From Kiloniellales bacterium (GTDB lineage Bacteria; Pseudomonadota; Alphaproteobacteria; Kiloniellales; JAKSDN01), in assembly GCA_033720555.1 (NCBI GenBank), contig JAWWCG010000001.1, forward strand, positions 3,357 through 67,356: a stretch of DNA of 64,000 nt, in the 5' to 3' direction. The translations under genes were made by a program, and so were the position numbers. Below are positions 32,166 to 40,324 of this stretch, piece by piece (within the stretch, counting starts at the first letter, position 1; each line of letters starts with the position of its first letter). The notes below the pieces were generated by a model that ran no database searches, had not been told where the DNA came from, and was given only the letters and a program-made list of their open reading frames with translations.

Positions 32166-32372
32166 ATGCGATACTTCTGCGCAAGCTGTGGTCGGCCGCT
32201 TCCTGAGCGCGAGCGCATTGAGCACATCTCATTGTCGGCCGGCCAGCTCTGGGGCTGGCACCTGGACTGTTTTGATGACGACCCGATGTCCTCGATCACG
32301 CTTCCGTGGGCAAAGCGCGCCCAGGAGATCAATGCCCGCGGGCCTCGCCGCGTCATGAATCTGGCTAACTAG
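32166..32372 (+). CDS. small zinc-ribbon-like protein
   Basis: ATG 32166. MRYFCASCGRPL...WHLDC. Confidence 0.45.
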   Translation: MRYFCASCGRPLPERERIEHISLSAGQLWGWHLDCFDDDPMSSITLPWAKRAQEINARGPRRVMNLAN

Positions 32373-32848
32373 TCCATGTCTGGGATCAGCGGAGAATCCC
32401 AGACCAGATAGCCCTCCTCGTCAATCCCCGCGTCCCAGGGGATGGATTCCCAGTCCTCGATCGAAGTCCATTCTTTGCCATCCCACACCGTGATCTCATC
32501 CGGATCGATGATGCAGCGGCAATAGAACGCGCCGGCGCCGGCGTCTTGTGTGCCGATGGCGTCCTCCTCTAGCTCTGCGTCAGGCTCCGCAAAGCGCAAC
32601 ACGACCGGAACAGCCTCAGCCTCGCGCACGTCGTCGTATCGGTCGTTTACGAAGTTCTCCATGCGCTCTGCCCAGAACGATATGCCCTCTGCCTCGGTCA
32701 TGAAGACCTTGCCGCGCCGATGAGCGTCTAGTGCTCGCGAGCCAATTCCTTGGCCACCGGCGCGCAGCCCGTCGTCGGTGATGCCGGCTAGATTTGAATA
32801 AAGCGTGACGTGGTAGAGGTCCTCGTCGTCGAGATCGTCGTTTGTCAT
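32369..32848 (-). CDS. acidic protein with LYHVT...GL N-terminal block (weak resemblance to Tpt1/KptA-type ART-fold proteins)
   Basis: 159 aa. DLYHVTLYSNLAGITDDGLRAG ... KVFMTEAEG. The assignment is tentative and made by eye only. Confidence 0.5.
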   Translation of the reverse strand: MTNDDLDDEDLYHVTLYSNLAGITDDGLRAGGQGIGSRALDAHRRGKVFMTEAEGISFWAERMENFVNDRYDDVREAEAVPVVLRFAEPDAELEEDAIGTQDAGAGAFYCRCIIDPDEITVWDGKEWTSIEDWESIPWDAGIDEEGYLVWDSPLIPDMD

Positions 32849-32969
32849 GAGTCCAGATCTTCCAATGACTCGCTAGTCATTGCAAAATTGGAAGGGCGCG
32901 GGCCGGCGTTGTTGGGTTACCAGAAATTGTTCACTGCATCGCCCAGCGGCACATCTTGCCCGCGCCCCT

Positions 32970-33007
32970 AACGCCTAAGGTAAAACCTTTTACCTTAGGC
33001 GTTTTTG
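32970..33007 (+). terminator. Perfect 16-bp AT-containing hairpin + T-run, plus-strand oriented between two minus-strand genes
   Basis: AACGCCTAAGGTAAAA-cc-TTTTACCTTAGGCGTT, then TTTG. Immediately downstream of the stop of 33008..33193 on the other strand. Confidence 0.45.
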
Positions 33008-33193
33008 TCAGACTGGCAGGCGCAGCTGGTGCGACGGCACGGGCCGAATTTGTTTAATGCGCTGCCAGTTTTGCACGCGCGACCACGGCTTGCCGCGCAT
33101 CCACCGATAGATGGGGCATGTGGCAATCACCTTGTCGCCGCTTGTCTGAACAAGCCCGCAAGCGCTTCCTGTGTCGACCAGCCAATCAGCCAT
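33008..33193 (-). CDS. hypothetical small protein
   Basis: 61-aa ORF with a 1-nt overlap to the upstream gene. Confidence 0.4.
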   Translation of the reverse strand: MADWLVDTGSACGLVQTSGDKVIATCPIYRWMRGKPWSRVQNWQRIKQIRPVPSHQLRLPV

Positions 33194-33543
33194 CAGGACT
33201 CTCCGCCTCCCAGGGGGCGCTTATACAAGATGGCCGTTTGGCTCACCAAGTTTTCGACAAACGAGATGTCACGCTTGGTGGTGCGCCCCAGCCCCTCGGC
33301 CTTCACAGCCTTGTTGAATAGGTCGAGAAAGCACGTCCACTTCTCCGTGGAGGTTTTAAGCTTTCCGGCTCGCGCCAGCTCCTCGACCACGTCAAAGACG
33401 GTATGCGCAACGTCGCGAATGCGCTCTCGCCGCGACTTGCGACTTCGGAAAAGTCCCCAGATGGCGACGCCAAGGGCGGCCACGGCGCGAATGCCCTCGT
33501 CGCTCAGCGCCCAGCCAATTATCTCACTGATCCAATCAATCAT
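33193..33543 (-). CDS. hypothetical protein with N-terminal hydrophobic segment
   Basis: 116 aa. IRAVAALGVAIWGLF followed by RSRKSRRER. Confidence 0.5.
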   Translation of the reverse strand: MIDWISEIIGWALSDEGIRAVAALGVAIWGLFRSRKSRRERIRDVAHTVFDVVEELARAGKLKTSTEKWTCFLDLFNKAVKAEGLGRTTKRDISFVENLVSQTAILYKRPLGGGES

Positions 33544-33559
33544 AAGAGCCTCCCATCAT

Positions 33560-33847
33560 TCACCCATCTTCGCCGCCCTCCTCTTCTGCGTCATCTTGGG
33601 CATCCGCCCAGACAGACTCTGCCTCCACCGCTTCAAGATGGGGATGAGCGTTGTCTAGCGCCTCAACGGCCTTGCGCAAAGCAAGTTGTGCATCGTCGAC
33701 GGCACTGAATCGGTCCTCGAATTCGTCCTCGTCGGCGCTTCCGCTAAGAATATCAATGGCCATGTCGACATAATGCGTCGCGTCGTTGGCCTGGTGCCGA
33801 GCGATGGCCAGATGTGCGATGGCTGCATGCAGTTCGCTACTTTTCAT
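33560..33847 (-). CDS. acidic helical protein
   Basis: 95-aa ORF with a 4-nt overlap to the upstream gene. Confidence 0.5.
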   Translation of the reverse strand: MKSSELHAAIAHLAIARHQANDATHYVDMAIDILSGSADEDEFEDRFSAVDDAQLALRKAVEALDNAHPHLEAVEAESVWADAQDDAEEEGGEDG

Positions 33848-34065
33848 TTCTTGATCTCTGCATGGACTCCGTCCGGCGTGATCCGGAGCTGTATGTCAAA
33901 CGTCGAGCCGGCGGGAAGCTCCACCGTGGAAAATTTCCAACTGCAAGAAGGGCCGATGAGCGTGCCATGACGCTTGAGGCCGCACGCTCTTTGTCGACGC
34001 ACAAGGGCGCCCTTTACGCGCGACACCAGGACATGGGTAGGCGAATTGCAGCGCGGGCAGCGCAC
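33844..34065 (-). CDS. zinc-ribbon protein
   Basis: MRCPRCNSP...RACG...SCSW. 73 aa. Confidence 0.5.
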   Translation of the reverse strand: MRCPRCNSPTHVLVSRVKGALVRRQRACGLKRHGTLIGPSCSWKFSTVELPAGSTFDIQLRITPDGVHAEIKK

Positions 34066-34074
34066 GCAGCTAGG

Positions 34075-34263
34075 CTATCGCGACGGAAGCACCCAGACCA
34101 GCGTCGTCGGAAGCGTCTTGAGGATCTTCATGTGACGACCACAGTCGTCGCACGTCGCGACGTTGCCGGCCTCGCAGGCATACTCGATCTCGCGAAAGTC
34201 GTTCTTGGCGCCACAGTGCGGGCACTGAACTCGATCGATCATTTGCGCGGCCGGCTGCGGCAT
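34075..34263 (-). CDS. zinc-ribbon protein
   Basis: CPHCGAKN ... CDDCGRHM. 62 aa. Confidence 0.5.
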   Translation of the reverse strand: MPQPAAQMIDRVQCPHCGAKNDFREIEYACEAGNVATCDDCGRHMKILKTLPTTLVWVLPSR

Positions 34264-34571
34264 CAGGAAGCTCCAGGGCGAACGATTGGGCTTGCAGCAA
34301 GCATCCGCATGACGCGATCAACTGAGGATGCTTCAAAAAGTTGCTCGACCAGGACTTGGTCGCCCGCTCGAAAATCGCCAGGAGTCTGCGTCGTCGCCTC
34401 CGTGACCGTGCCCAGGCAGAACGTATTATCGACGGGGCCTTGCTTCAGGCCGCCCGCCATCGCTGTGCCATCCTTGAAGATGAGCTGAACGCCAACGACA
34501 CCCTCGGCCCCGGCCTCACGAATTAGATGTTCCAGTAGATTGCGCACCGACTCCTCCATTTTTTCCTGCAA
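34263..34571 (-). CDS. hypothetical protein
   Basis: 102-aa ORF. Its start overlaps the low-complexity tail of the glycosyltransferase. Confidence 0.45.
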   Translation of the reverse strand: MQEKMEESVRNLLEHLIREAGAEGVVGVQLIFKDGTAMAGGLKQGPVDNTFCLGTVTEATTQTPGDFRAGDQVLVEQLFEASSVDRVMRMLAASPIVRPGAS

Positions 34572-35724
34572 TTTCGCTCAGTGTAGACAGAAATTTTGAT
34601 CCGACGGCCTCGTAGCCGTACTCGCGAATAAGCGCCCCGCCAAAGCGCCCCGGGCGAAAGCCGGCACGTTTGTTGTAGGCGTTGTGCATCTCGTAGCTGA
34701 GGGCCGTCAGGTCGGGCTCCATCCACGTCTGGAGGGCATCGACGCCCTCAGGGCGAGCCGAGCGAATCTCACGTGCGGACAGGACCTGGTCGCCAACGTG
34801 GATGCGCTGCGTGCGCGTGTGCTCGTAGGCCATCGCGGGTGTCGGGATGCCTCCGAACGTCCGATGGTAGCCGTCGTAGTGCTCCAGAAAGTCTCGTGCG
34901 CCCATGGGCGTCGTGATGATGGCGTTGCCCACCAGCGCCGCCTCAAAAGATCCGAGGCCCCATCCTTCGCCTCGGGAGGCCGAGACGTAGCAATCGGAGC
35001 GTTCATGGAGGGAGTACAGCTCCTCGTCCGTGACGCGCTGCGTAATGAAGCGCACTTCAGGAAAATTGTCGAAGCCGGTGGCGCGCTTGATGGCCTCGAT
35101 GCGTTCCTCGTCGTACCAGGGCGTCAGGATGGTCAGGCGGACCGGGTCCCCCTTCTGAAATGAGACAAAGTAGGCCGTGATGACGCCCTCAATGTTCTTT
35201 CGAGTCGACCAGACGCCTATGGTGTAGAAGTGATATGTCGCGCTCTCGCTGGGCTTGCGGTCGCGAATCCAGTAGGCGGGGTCGAACGCATGCGGCACGA
35301 CGTGGACGGATGGTCCAGGGGGTCGCAGATCGGCCATCATCGCTTCGCGGGAGTCGCGGCTGGGGACAACGATCGCGTCGTAGTTGTCGGCGATCTGCAC
35401 CCATAGGTGAGGAGGGAGCGCGCTGGTCTCCCAGGTCGTGACGAAAACGTAGAGGGAGTCTCGCCGTTGCTTCATGCGGGTGGGACGCATCGACGATGCA
35501 ATCGATGGCATTCCGTGGACGATGACGACGTCCGGCGGTGCGATGCTGAGCCCTGTCTTCTCCAGCAGGGGCTTGTGGGAGCGTCCGATCCTGTCGTCGG
35601 AGTACGGGGCGAACGCGACGGGGCGAACGTCGCAGCCGGCAGAGCGCAGCGCCATCATGTAGTCGTGGGCGGCGCGTGCGATGCCGCTTGGCTGCCCGAA
35701 GGGGCAGTGATACTCGATGATCAA
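34516..35724 (-). CDS. Group 1 (GT4-type) glycosyltransferase
   Basis: 402 aa. C-terminal half VSASRGEGWGLGSFEAALVGNAIITTPMGA contains the E-x7-E motif typical of GT-B retaining transferases. Confidence 0.8.
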   Translation of the reverse strand: MIIEYHCPFGQPSGIARAAHDYMMALRSAGCDVRPVAFAPYSDDRIGRSHKPLLEKTGLSIAPPDVVIVHGMPSIASSMRPTRMKQRRDSLYVFVTTWETSALPPHLWVQIADNYDAIVVPSRDSREAMMADLRPPGPSVHVVPHAFDPAYWIRDRKPSESATYHFYTIGVWSTRKNIEGVITAYFVSFQKGDPVRLTILTPWYDEERIEAIKRATGFDNFPEVRFITQRVTDEELYSLHERSDCYVSASRGEGWGLGSFEAALVGNAIITTPMGARDFLEHYDGYHRTFGGIPTPAMAYEHTRTQRIHVGDQVLSAREIRSARPEGVDALQTWMEPDLTALSYEMHNAYNKRAGFRPGRFGGALIREYGYEAVGSKFLSTLSEIAGKNGGVGAQSTGTSNS

Positions 35725-36392
35725 GCGCCTTCCTCGCGGCCGAGAGGTTGGAGTAAGTGATCAGGAACGTCGACCTCATCGAGCGACGACACAATGCCGC
35801 GCAGTTGCAGGGCGTTCTCCTTCAGCGTGTCGCTGGGGTGATAGCGAGCGGAAACGCCACGCAAGAGAAGCTGCGAGGCATCGTCGGCCAGCGGGCACAG
35901 GATGGCGTCATACCGGCTGAGTGCGGCCACTTCCTCATCGCAATGACGACCAGACGTGATTGCAATATTTCGGTGTCCGCTCGTGTGGAACCGCTCGAAG
36001 GAGTAGGAGGGCTCGTACACGATTTCGTCCGGCGCGAGGGACTGCCATCGTACGCGACCAGTGTCGTACTCGCCAAGGCGACGGGGGCGGCGACCGGTCT
36101 GGTGGCCGGCGGGGGCCACCACAACATTGATAAAGTTCGGATCGACAGGTCCGGTGAAGATATGGCGATTTCGTTGCAGATGGAGGTAGCGAGCGTCGTC
36201 GTCGCCAGCGACGAAGTAGCATTCGCCAAGCGCGATGGCGCGGACGCCGGCGTCCGACAGGACCAAAGCCTCGACGTACTCCCAGGCGATGTCGGGGAAA
36301 TAGTGAGGGTCGCTTGGCTTTCGCGGCCCGACCACCGTGAAAACGCGCAAGATTGCCGCCACGTCCCTAGGCATACACCCTCGGGCTGACAT
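35721..36392 (-). CDS. hypothetical protein coupled to the glycosyltransferase
   Basis: 223-aa ORF with a 4-nt overlap to the GT4 gene start. Confidence 0.5.
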   Translation of the reverse strand: MSARGCMPRDVAAILRVFTVVGPRKPSDPHYFPDIAWEYVEALVLSDAGVRAIALGECYFVAGDDDARYLHLQRNRHIFTGPVDPNFINVVVAPAGHQTGRRPRRLGEYDTGRVRWQSLAPDEIVYEPSYSFERFHTSGHRNIAITSGRHCDEEVAALSRYDAILCPLADDASQLLLRGVSARYHPSDTLKENALQLRGIVSSLDEVDVPDHLLQPLGREEGA

Positions 36393-36432
36393 TTCAAAGG
36401 CAAGACGAGCTTTCCGCTCGGAACTACTCGGC

Positions 36433-36777
36433 CTACGCCTTTACGTGGATGCTCTCATACGGAACATTCCACGTAAGCCCTTTGCCGGATTGTCCACGAA
36501 CATAAGGCTTGTCCGTAGTTTGCTCGACCTTCGCGTTCTTGGGATTGAGCTTTCGGATCCTTCCAGGAACTCGATCGGTCTTGTATTGAAAATAGACAGA
36601 TTGGCCTACACGGAGCGATGACCTTGAAACCTTTTTCGTTCCAGACATCGCTTTTTCGTATCGCTCAGCTCGGCGCTTCTGGCGCTTCTGGCGCTTTTCG
36701 CGGTAAAACTTTGTGGCCTGCTCGACGATTTCAGGCGCCATGCAGGTCGATTGAGGTAGCTGGCCGCAGGCGACCAT
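36433..36777 (-). CDS. basic protein with KOW/SH3-like C-terminus; 5' boundary uncertain
   Basis: 114-aa ORF. This frame stays open upstream of the ATG and looks coding there (HQCIAEGYEPDEGHGEQWREL). Confidence 0.45.
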   Translation of the reverse strand: MVACGQLPQSTCMAPEIVEQATKFYREKRQKRQKRRAERYEKAMSGTKKVSRSSLRVGQSVYFQYKTDRVPGRIRKLNPKNAKVEQTTDKPYVRGQSGKGLTWNVPYESIHVKA

Positions 36778-37013
36778 AAGCTCGCGCCATTGCTCCCCAT
36801 GGCCTTCGTCCGGCTCATAGCCTTCCGCAATGCACTGATGCGGAGCACTAGCGAGCGCGCCTGTTCGACAAGCTCGGGATCCACGGAGCGCCGGGGCGGG
36901 TTCTGGTGGGCCTCAGCGCGCGTGCATATAACGATGTCGCAGTCATGGTGGTAGCAGGCATCCCATTCTTCCGAGGGGGCGTCGGCGTCTGGGTAGAATT
37001 TGTTGCTGTGCAT
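36606..37013 (-). CDS. Cys/His-rich N-terminal domain protein; 3' part probably not coding in this frame
   Basis: ATG 37013 (MHSNKFYPDADAPSEEWDACYHHDCDIVIC...HQNPP). The last ~60 aa are Ser/Arg-rich and junk-like, and overlap 36433..36777. Confidence 0.35.
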   Translation of the reverse strand: MHSNKFYPDADAPSEEWDACYHHDCDIVICTRAEAHQNPPRRSVDPELVEQARSLVLRISALRKAMSRTKAMGSNGASLWSPAASYLNRPAWRLKSSSRPQSFTAKSARSARSAELSDTKKRCLERKRFQGHRSV

Positions 37014-37015
37014 CG

Positions 37016-37141
37016 CTATTTGCGCCTCCAAAGCACCCAGGCAAGGTAGCCAAGGCCAGCCAAAACGAAAGGTTGCTTCCAGAGAGGCTTTTTCTCGGGA
37101 AGGCCATCGTTGCCGACAAACATGAGCTGATTGACCGCCAT
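37016..37141 (-). CDS. 41-aa C-tail-anchored mini-protein
   Basis: TAATG overlap at 37141. MAVNQLMFVGNDGLPEKKPLWKQP + FVLAGLGYLAWVLW + RRK. The anchor is paralogous to 37141..37317. Confidence 0.45.
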   Translation of the reverse strand: MAVNQLMFVGNDGLPEKKPLWKQPFVLAGLGYLAWVLWRRK

Positions 37142-37317
37142 TACCTTTTACCTTTCCAGAGAACCCACCCCAGATAGCCCAGGGCCGCCAGAACCAGTGG
37201 AGAGCGCAGGACATCGCTCAATTCGACCGTTCCCATCGGCGAGGGGTAGCACGAGATGTCGTGGATGTGTCCCCTACCCCTGGGGCCGATGGCTGGGCCA
37301 GTTTTGCAGTACGCCAT
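37141..37317 (-). CDS. 58-aa C-tail-anchored mini-protein
   Basis: ATG 37317, 9 nt after the upstream stop. The C-terminus PLVLAALGYLGWVLW + KGKR. Below the ORF-track cut-off. Confidence 0.45.
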   Translation of the reverse strand: MAYCKTGPAIGPRGRGHIHDISCYPSPMGTVELSDVLRSPLVLAALGYLGWVLWKGKR

Positions 37318-37326
37318 ATCGCTAAG

Positions 37327-37689
37327 TTACCAGATCAGCTTCAAGTGCTCGGCAAGGCGTTTTTGTTCTCGCGCCAACTGGTCAATCGTAGACAATGCTT
37401 TCTTTCCCAGCGCGCGCACCTTTTTGGCTAGCTGGGCGACCTCATCCTCATAGCCGCTGGCCTCGTCTTCCCACAGATCGGCGCTTTCGAGGTCGGTGCG
37501 GGCCTGCTCCCACATCTCGTCGGCTTTCTCGATAGCGTCAGTGGCGTCCTCGGGCGCGAGCGAAAACTCGTCGAGAGCTTCAATGAGCGCCTCTGCAAGA
37601 GACGTGATTCGTTTGCGCTCCTCTTGCAGGTCCTCCCACGAATCAATCAACGATTCGTAGCTGTCCGGCGTTATCTTGCGTCGAGCCAT
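37327..37689 (-). CDS. acidic coiled-coil protein
   Basis: 120-aa ORF with a 1-nt overlap to the upstream gene. Confidence 0.55.
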   Translation of the reverse strand: MARRKITPDSYESLIDSWEDLQEERKRITSLAEALIEALDEFSLAPEDATDAIEKADEMWEQARTDLESADLWEDEASGYEDEVAQLAKKVRALGKKALSTIDQLAREQKRLAEHLKLIW

Positions 37690-38114
37690 TAGCGTTTTTT
37701 GCGAACGATAAAGAGTCCAGCCAACGCCGCAACGCCAAGCGCACCGTATAGAAGCAGGCGCTGATTGGATGATTGCTGCGCCGCCTGCGCGCCCGCATAC
37801 GCGGCGGCCTGGCCAGCGCCAGACGTCACGGGGTCAACGCCTGCGGCAGCTGCCTCGTTGACCGCTGCAATCATTTCGCGAGCCGCCGCTGTCGTATCTC
37901 CACGCCCGACAATGATAGTGGGCGTGACGGCGACGCCATCTTGAAGTACGGTGACGGCGACTTTGCTCTTGTCTCCGCCAGTCGCGCTCGCGCGATGGTC
38001 GCGTCGGATGGTGGTGCCGCCCATGGGAATGTAGCGGCCGGCCTGATGGGCGACCAGGGCAGCCCCGAGGGGTACGCACGAACCTTGGCCAGCGCAGCGT
38101 GGGCAACAACTCAT
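37689..38114 (-). CDS. C-tail-anchored protein with N-terminal CxxC
   Basis: MSCCPRCAGQGSC... The C-terminus LLLYGALGVAALAGLFIV + RKKR. Confidence 0.55.
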   Translation of the reverse strand: MSCCPRCAGQGSCVPLGAALVAHQAGRYIPMGGTTIRRDHRASATGGDKSKVAVTVLQDGVAVTPTIIVGRGDTTAAAREMIAAVNEAAAAGVDPVTSGAGQAAAYAGAQAAQQSSNQRLLLYGALGVAALAGLFIVRKKR

Positions 38115-38347
38115 CGTTTGGCCTCAAACAAGCGGGCCAGGCCCAGCCCCGCGGCCATTGGTACAACCGCGACGGCGAAAGCCTGAACCGCCTGCCAGAA
38201 AGTGGCGCGCTCCTCAGCGCGAATTTCCCGATGGCGCATCGCTAGCTCAACGCGCTCCATGAGATCGAGCTTGTTCAATTCGTCAGGGGAGAACGCCAGG
38301 AGCGCATCTTCCTGTGCTGGAGTGAAGCCCATCGGGATGTAGCTCAT
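38111..38347 (-). CDS. C-tail-anchored protein (MSYIPxGF family)
   Basis: ATGA overlap at 38344-38347. MSYIPMGFTPAQED... The C-terminus FAVAVVPMAAGLGLARLF + EAKR. Confidence 0.55.
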   Translation of the reverse strand: MSYIPMGFTPAQEDALLAFSPDELNKLDLMERVELAMRHREIRAEERATFWQAVQAFAVAVVPMAAGLGLARLFEAKR

Positions 38348-38682
38348 GTCACGTCCACCATCAGGTTGTCGACCACGCGCGCGTGGAGGCCGCAGCCATC
38401 CCACGAGCAGCGAAAAGAATCCATCGAGATCTTGCCTTCTCGCACGCGCAGATTCTTTTGCGGCGTTTCGACCTTCAGAGGCTGGCCGCATTTTGGGCAA
38501 AAAAAGTGCATCAAGAGGCGCCCGGCTTGATCGTAGAGGTCGGCCTCAGAGACGCGGTCGCGGTAGCGGATGCGCGGGTGGAGTCGAGCGTTTCTTGTGA
38601 GGTCATGCTTGCCTTCCGTGCCTCGAAGTTCCGAGTCGGAAGGATGCGCAACGTCGTCGCGGATGGTGAAGTAATCGTTCAT
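38344..38682 (-). CDS. zinc-ribbon protein
   Basis: 112 aa. FFCPKCGQPL ... FRCSWDGCGLH. Confidence 0.55.
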   Translation of the reverse strand: MNDYFTIRDDVAHPSDSELRGTEGKHDLTRNARLHPRIRYRDRVSEADLYDQAGRLLMHFFCPKCGQPLKVETPQKNLRVREGKISMDSFRCSWDGCGLHARVVDNLMVDVT

Positions 38683-38683
38683 G

Positions 38684-38977
38684 TCATTTCCTTCTTCGCG
38701 AGATAATCAGGGCCGCGGCGAGCCCTGCACCTCCGAGAAGGATAAGCGTTTTGTTGCGCTCAAAGAAAGACGGCTCCGCCGGCGGAGTTGCGTAGCCTGG
38801 AGAGGGCGCAGCTGAACCACCGGCGTCAAAGAACCTCGACAGCTGGCCCCCGATCCAGGACCAGGTGTTACCGCCGGCGGCCTTGGCCGGCGCCGGCGGC
38901 GGCGGCTTGGCGCCAATGCTCGCGGGCAGCGTCGGCGCAGGGGCGAGGTTGAGTTGCCCAAGGTGGTGGTAGCTCAT
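38684..38977 (-). CDS. C-tail-anchored Pro/Ala-rich protein
   Basis: MSYHHLGQ... The C-terminus LILLGGAGLAAALIIS + RRRK. Confidence 0.55.
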   Translation of the reverse strand: MSYHHLGQLNLAPAPTLPASIGAKPPPPAPAKAAGGNTWSWIGGQLSRFFDAGGSAAPSPGYATPPAEPSFFERNKTLILLGGAGLAAALIISRRRK

Positions 38978-39216
38978 TTGTTCTTCCGGGTGAACAAGTA
39001 GACGGCGGCAAGCGCCCCTCCTCCGAAAAGAAGGGTTTTGCCGTGCTTATCCATGAAGCTCGGCTCTCGGTACGCCGGCATGGGCGCCAGTGGCTGCGCC
39101 GCCGCGGCGCCCTGTTGCGCGGCCTGTTGGCGCACGCCCGTGAGAATAGACGAAAAGGCGTTCTTGCCCTTTGTCCAGATCGCGTCCCAGTCAACGCCTT
39201 GCGGAATATAGGCCAT
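38974..39216 (-). CDS. C-tail-anchored protein
   Basis: MAYIPQGVDW... The C-terminus LLFGGGALAAVYLFT + RKNK. 4-nt overlap downstream. Confidence 0.55.
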   Translation of the reverse strand: MAYIPQGVDWDAIWTKGKNAFSSILTGVRQQAAQQGAAAAQPLAPMPAYREPSFMDKHGKTLLFGGGALAAVYLFTRKNK

Positions 39217-39845
39217 TACTTCTTCCTCCGAGTGAACATGTAAACAGCCGCGAGGCCGGCGCCCGCGATGATGGCAATCTTTCCCATGCTAAGCCCAGCC
39301 GCCGGGCGCGGCGCGGCGTATGGCCTAATGCGAAGTGCGCCCTCCCCTTTCCCGGGGAGCGGCTCCAGTGAGACGCCTGTCGTGCGGGTTCCCGTCGAAC
39401 CTGCGCCTCCTTTTGTGCCCGTCGGCGGAGGCGCCATTGCGTCGACCGGAGGCTTCTTGAGCAAAGGGATAATGTCGCTGATGGCCATTCCGGACTTCAG
39501 CATATCGACGCATTGCGTTATGCGTTCCTCGGGGATTCCGGCGTACTTGCATTGCGCGCGAAACTGCTCCAGTTCCAGAGCCGATCCAGAGCCTGGGGTC
39601 GCTAGGACCGTTGTTTGCGTCCGCGGAGACACGGTTTGGGTCTGCGTGGTCGTGGCCACCGCAGTAGACGGCATGGCCGTGATGGGGGCCGTCATAGCCG
39701 GAGGGCGAATTGGGTCCGGCGGAGGCGGCGTAGGATCCCTCGCCGGGTCTACCGATAGCAGCGACCGTCCCCCGGGAAGCTCGGCGGGGGAGCGCACGAG
39801 CTGGCGCGCGGCGCCCAGTGCAATGCGATAGCTCATTCGACTCAT
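39216..39845 (-). CDS. C-tail-anchored Pro/Thr-rich protein
   Basis: ATG 39845 (alternative 39836 gives MSYRIALG). The C-terminus IAIIAGAGLAAVYMFT + RRKK. Confidence 0.5.
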   Translation of the reverse strand: MSRMSYRIALGAARQLVRSPAELPGGRSLLSVDPARDPTPPPPDPIRPPAMTAPITAMPSTAVATTTQTQTVSPRTQTTVLATPGSGSALELEQFRAQCKYAGIPEERITQCVDMLKSGMAISDIIPLLKKPPVDAMAPPPTGTKGGAGSTGTRTTGVSLEPLPGKGEGALRIRPYAAPRPAAGLSMGKIAIIAGAGLAAVYMFTRRKK

Positions 39846-39849
39846 TGGT

Positions 39850-40179
39850 TCACTTTTCTCGGCCGAAGAGATAGCCCAGGGCAAAGGAGCCCAGGACAGC
39901 GCCTCCGACGGCGGCTGGGAGCAGCCAGCGATGCTCTTTACTTTTGGCAGCCCAGCGTAGAGGCGTAATGACCTCGCGAAGGCCCAGCCCCCGGCGTGGT
40001 TGGTTGGGCGGCGTCCGTCGGCAAGGTGGCCCGGGGGGGCGACCCTCCTCCAGCGCAGAGATGCGCATGGTGAGGCATGTGACCTCGGGAAGGTACGGAT
40101 CGTCCAGGAGTTTGGCGCCGACGGCCAAGATGCCGCCGGCGCGCTCCATGGTGCTTTGACCTAACGGTAGATAGGTCAC
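39850..40179 (-). CDS. C-tail-anchored protein
   Basis: MTYLPLGQ... The C-terminus WLLPAAVGGAVLGSFALGYLFG + REK. Confidence 0.55.
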   Translation of the reverse strand: MTYLPLGQSTMERAGGILAVGAKLLDDPYLPEVTCLTMRISALEEGRPPGPPCRRTPPNQPRRGLGLREVITPLRWAAKSKEHRWLLPAAVGGAVLGSFALGYLFGREK

Positions 40180-40324
40180 GTCGGCCTCCCAGTCGACCCG
40201 TCATCCGGGCCAATGCGCAACGGGGCTCCGACAGTCCGATGCGCGAAGGTCCAAGACTCCCCCGAGCCACCTGGTACCTCCGTCAGACGACGGGTGACGA
40301 GCCGATTGGGAGGCCGACGCATCT

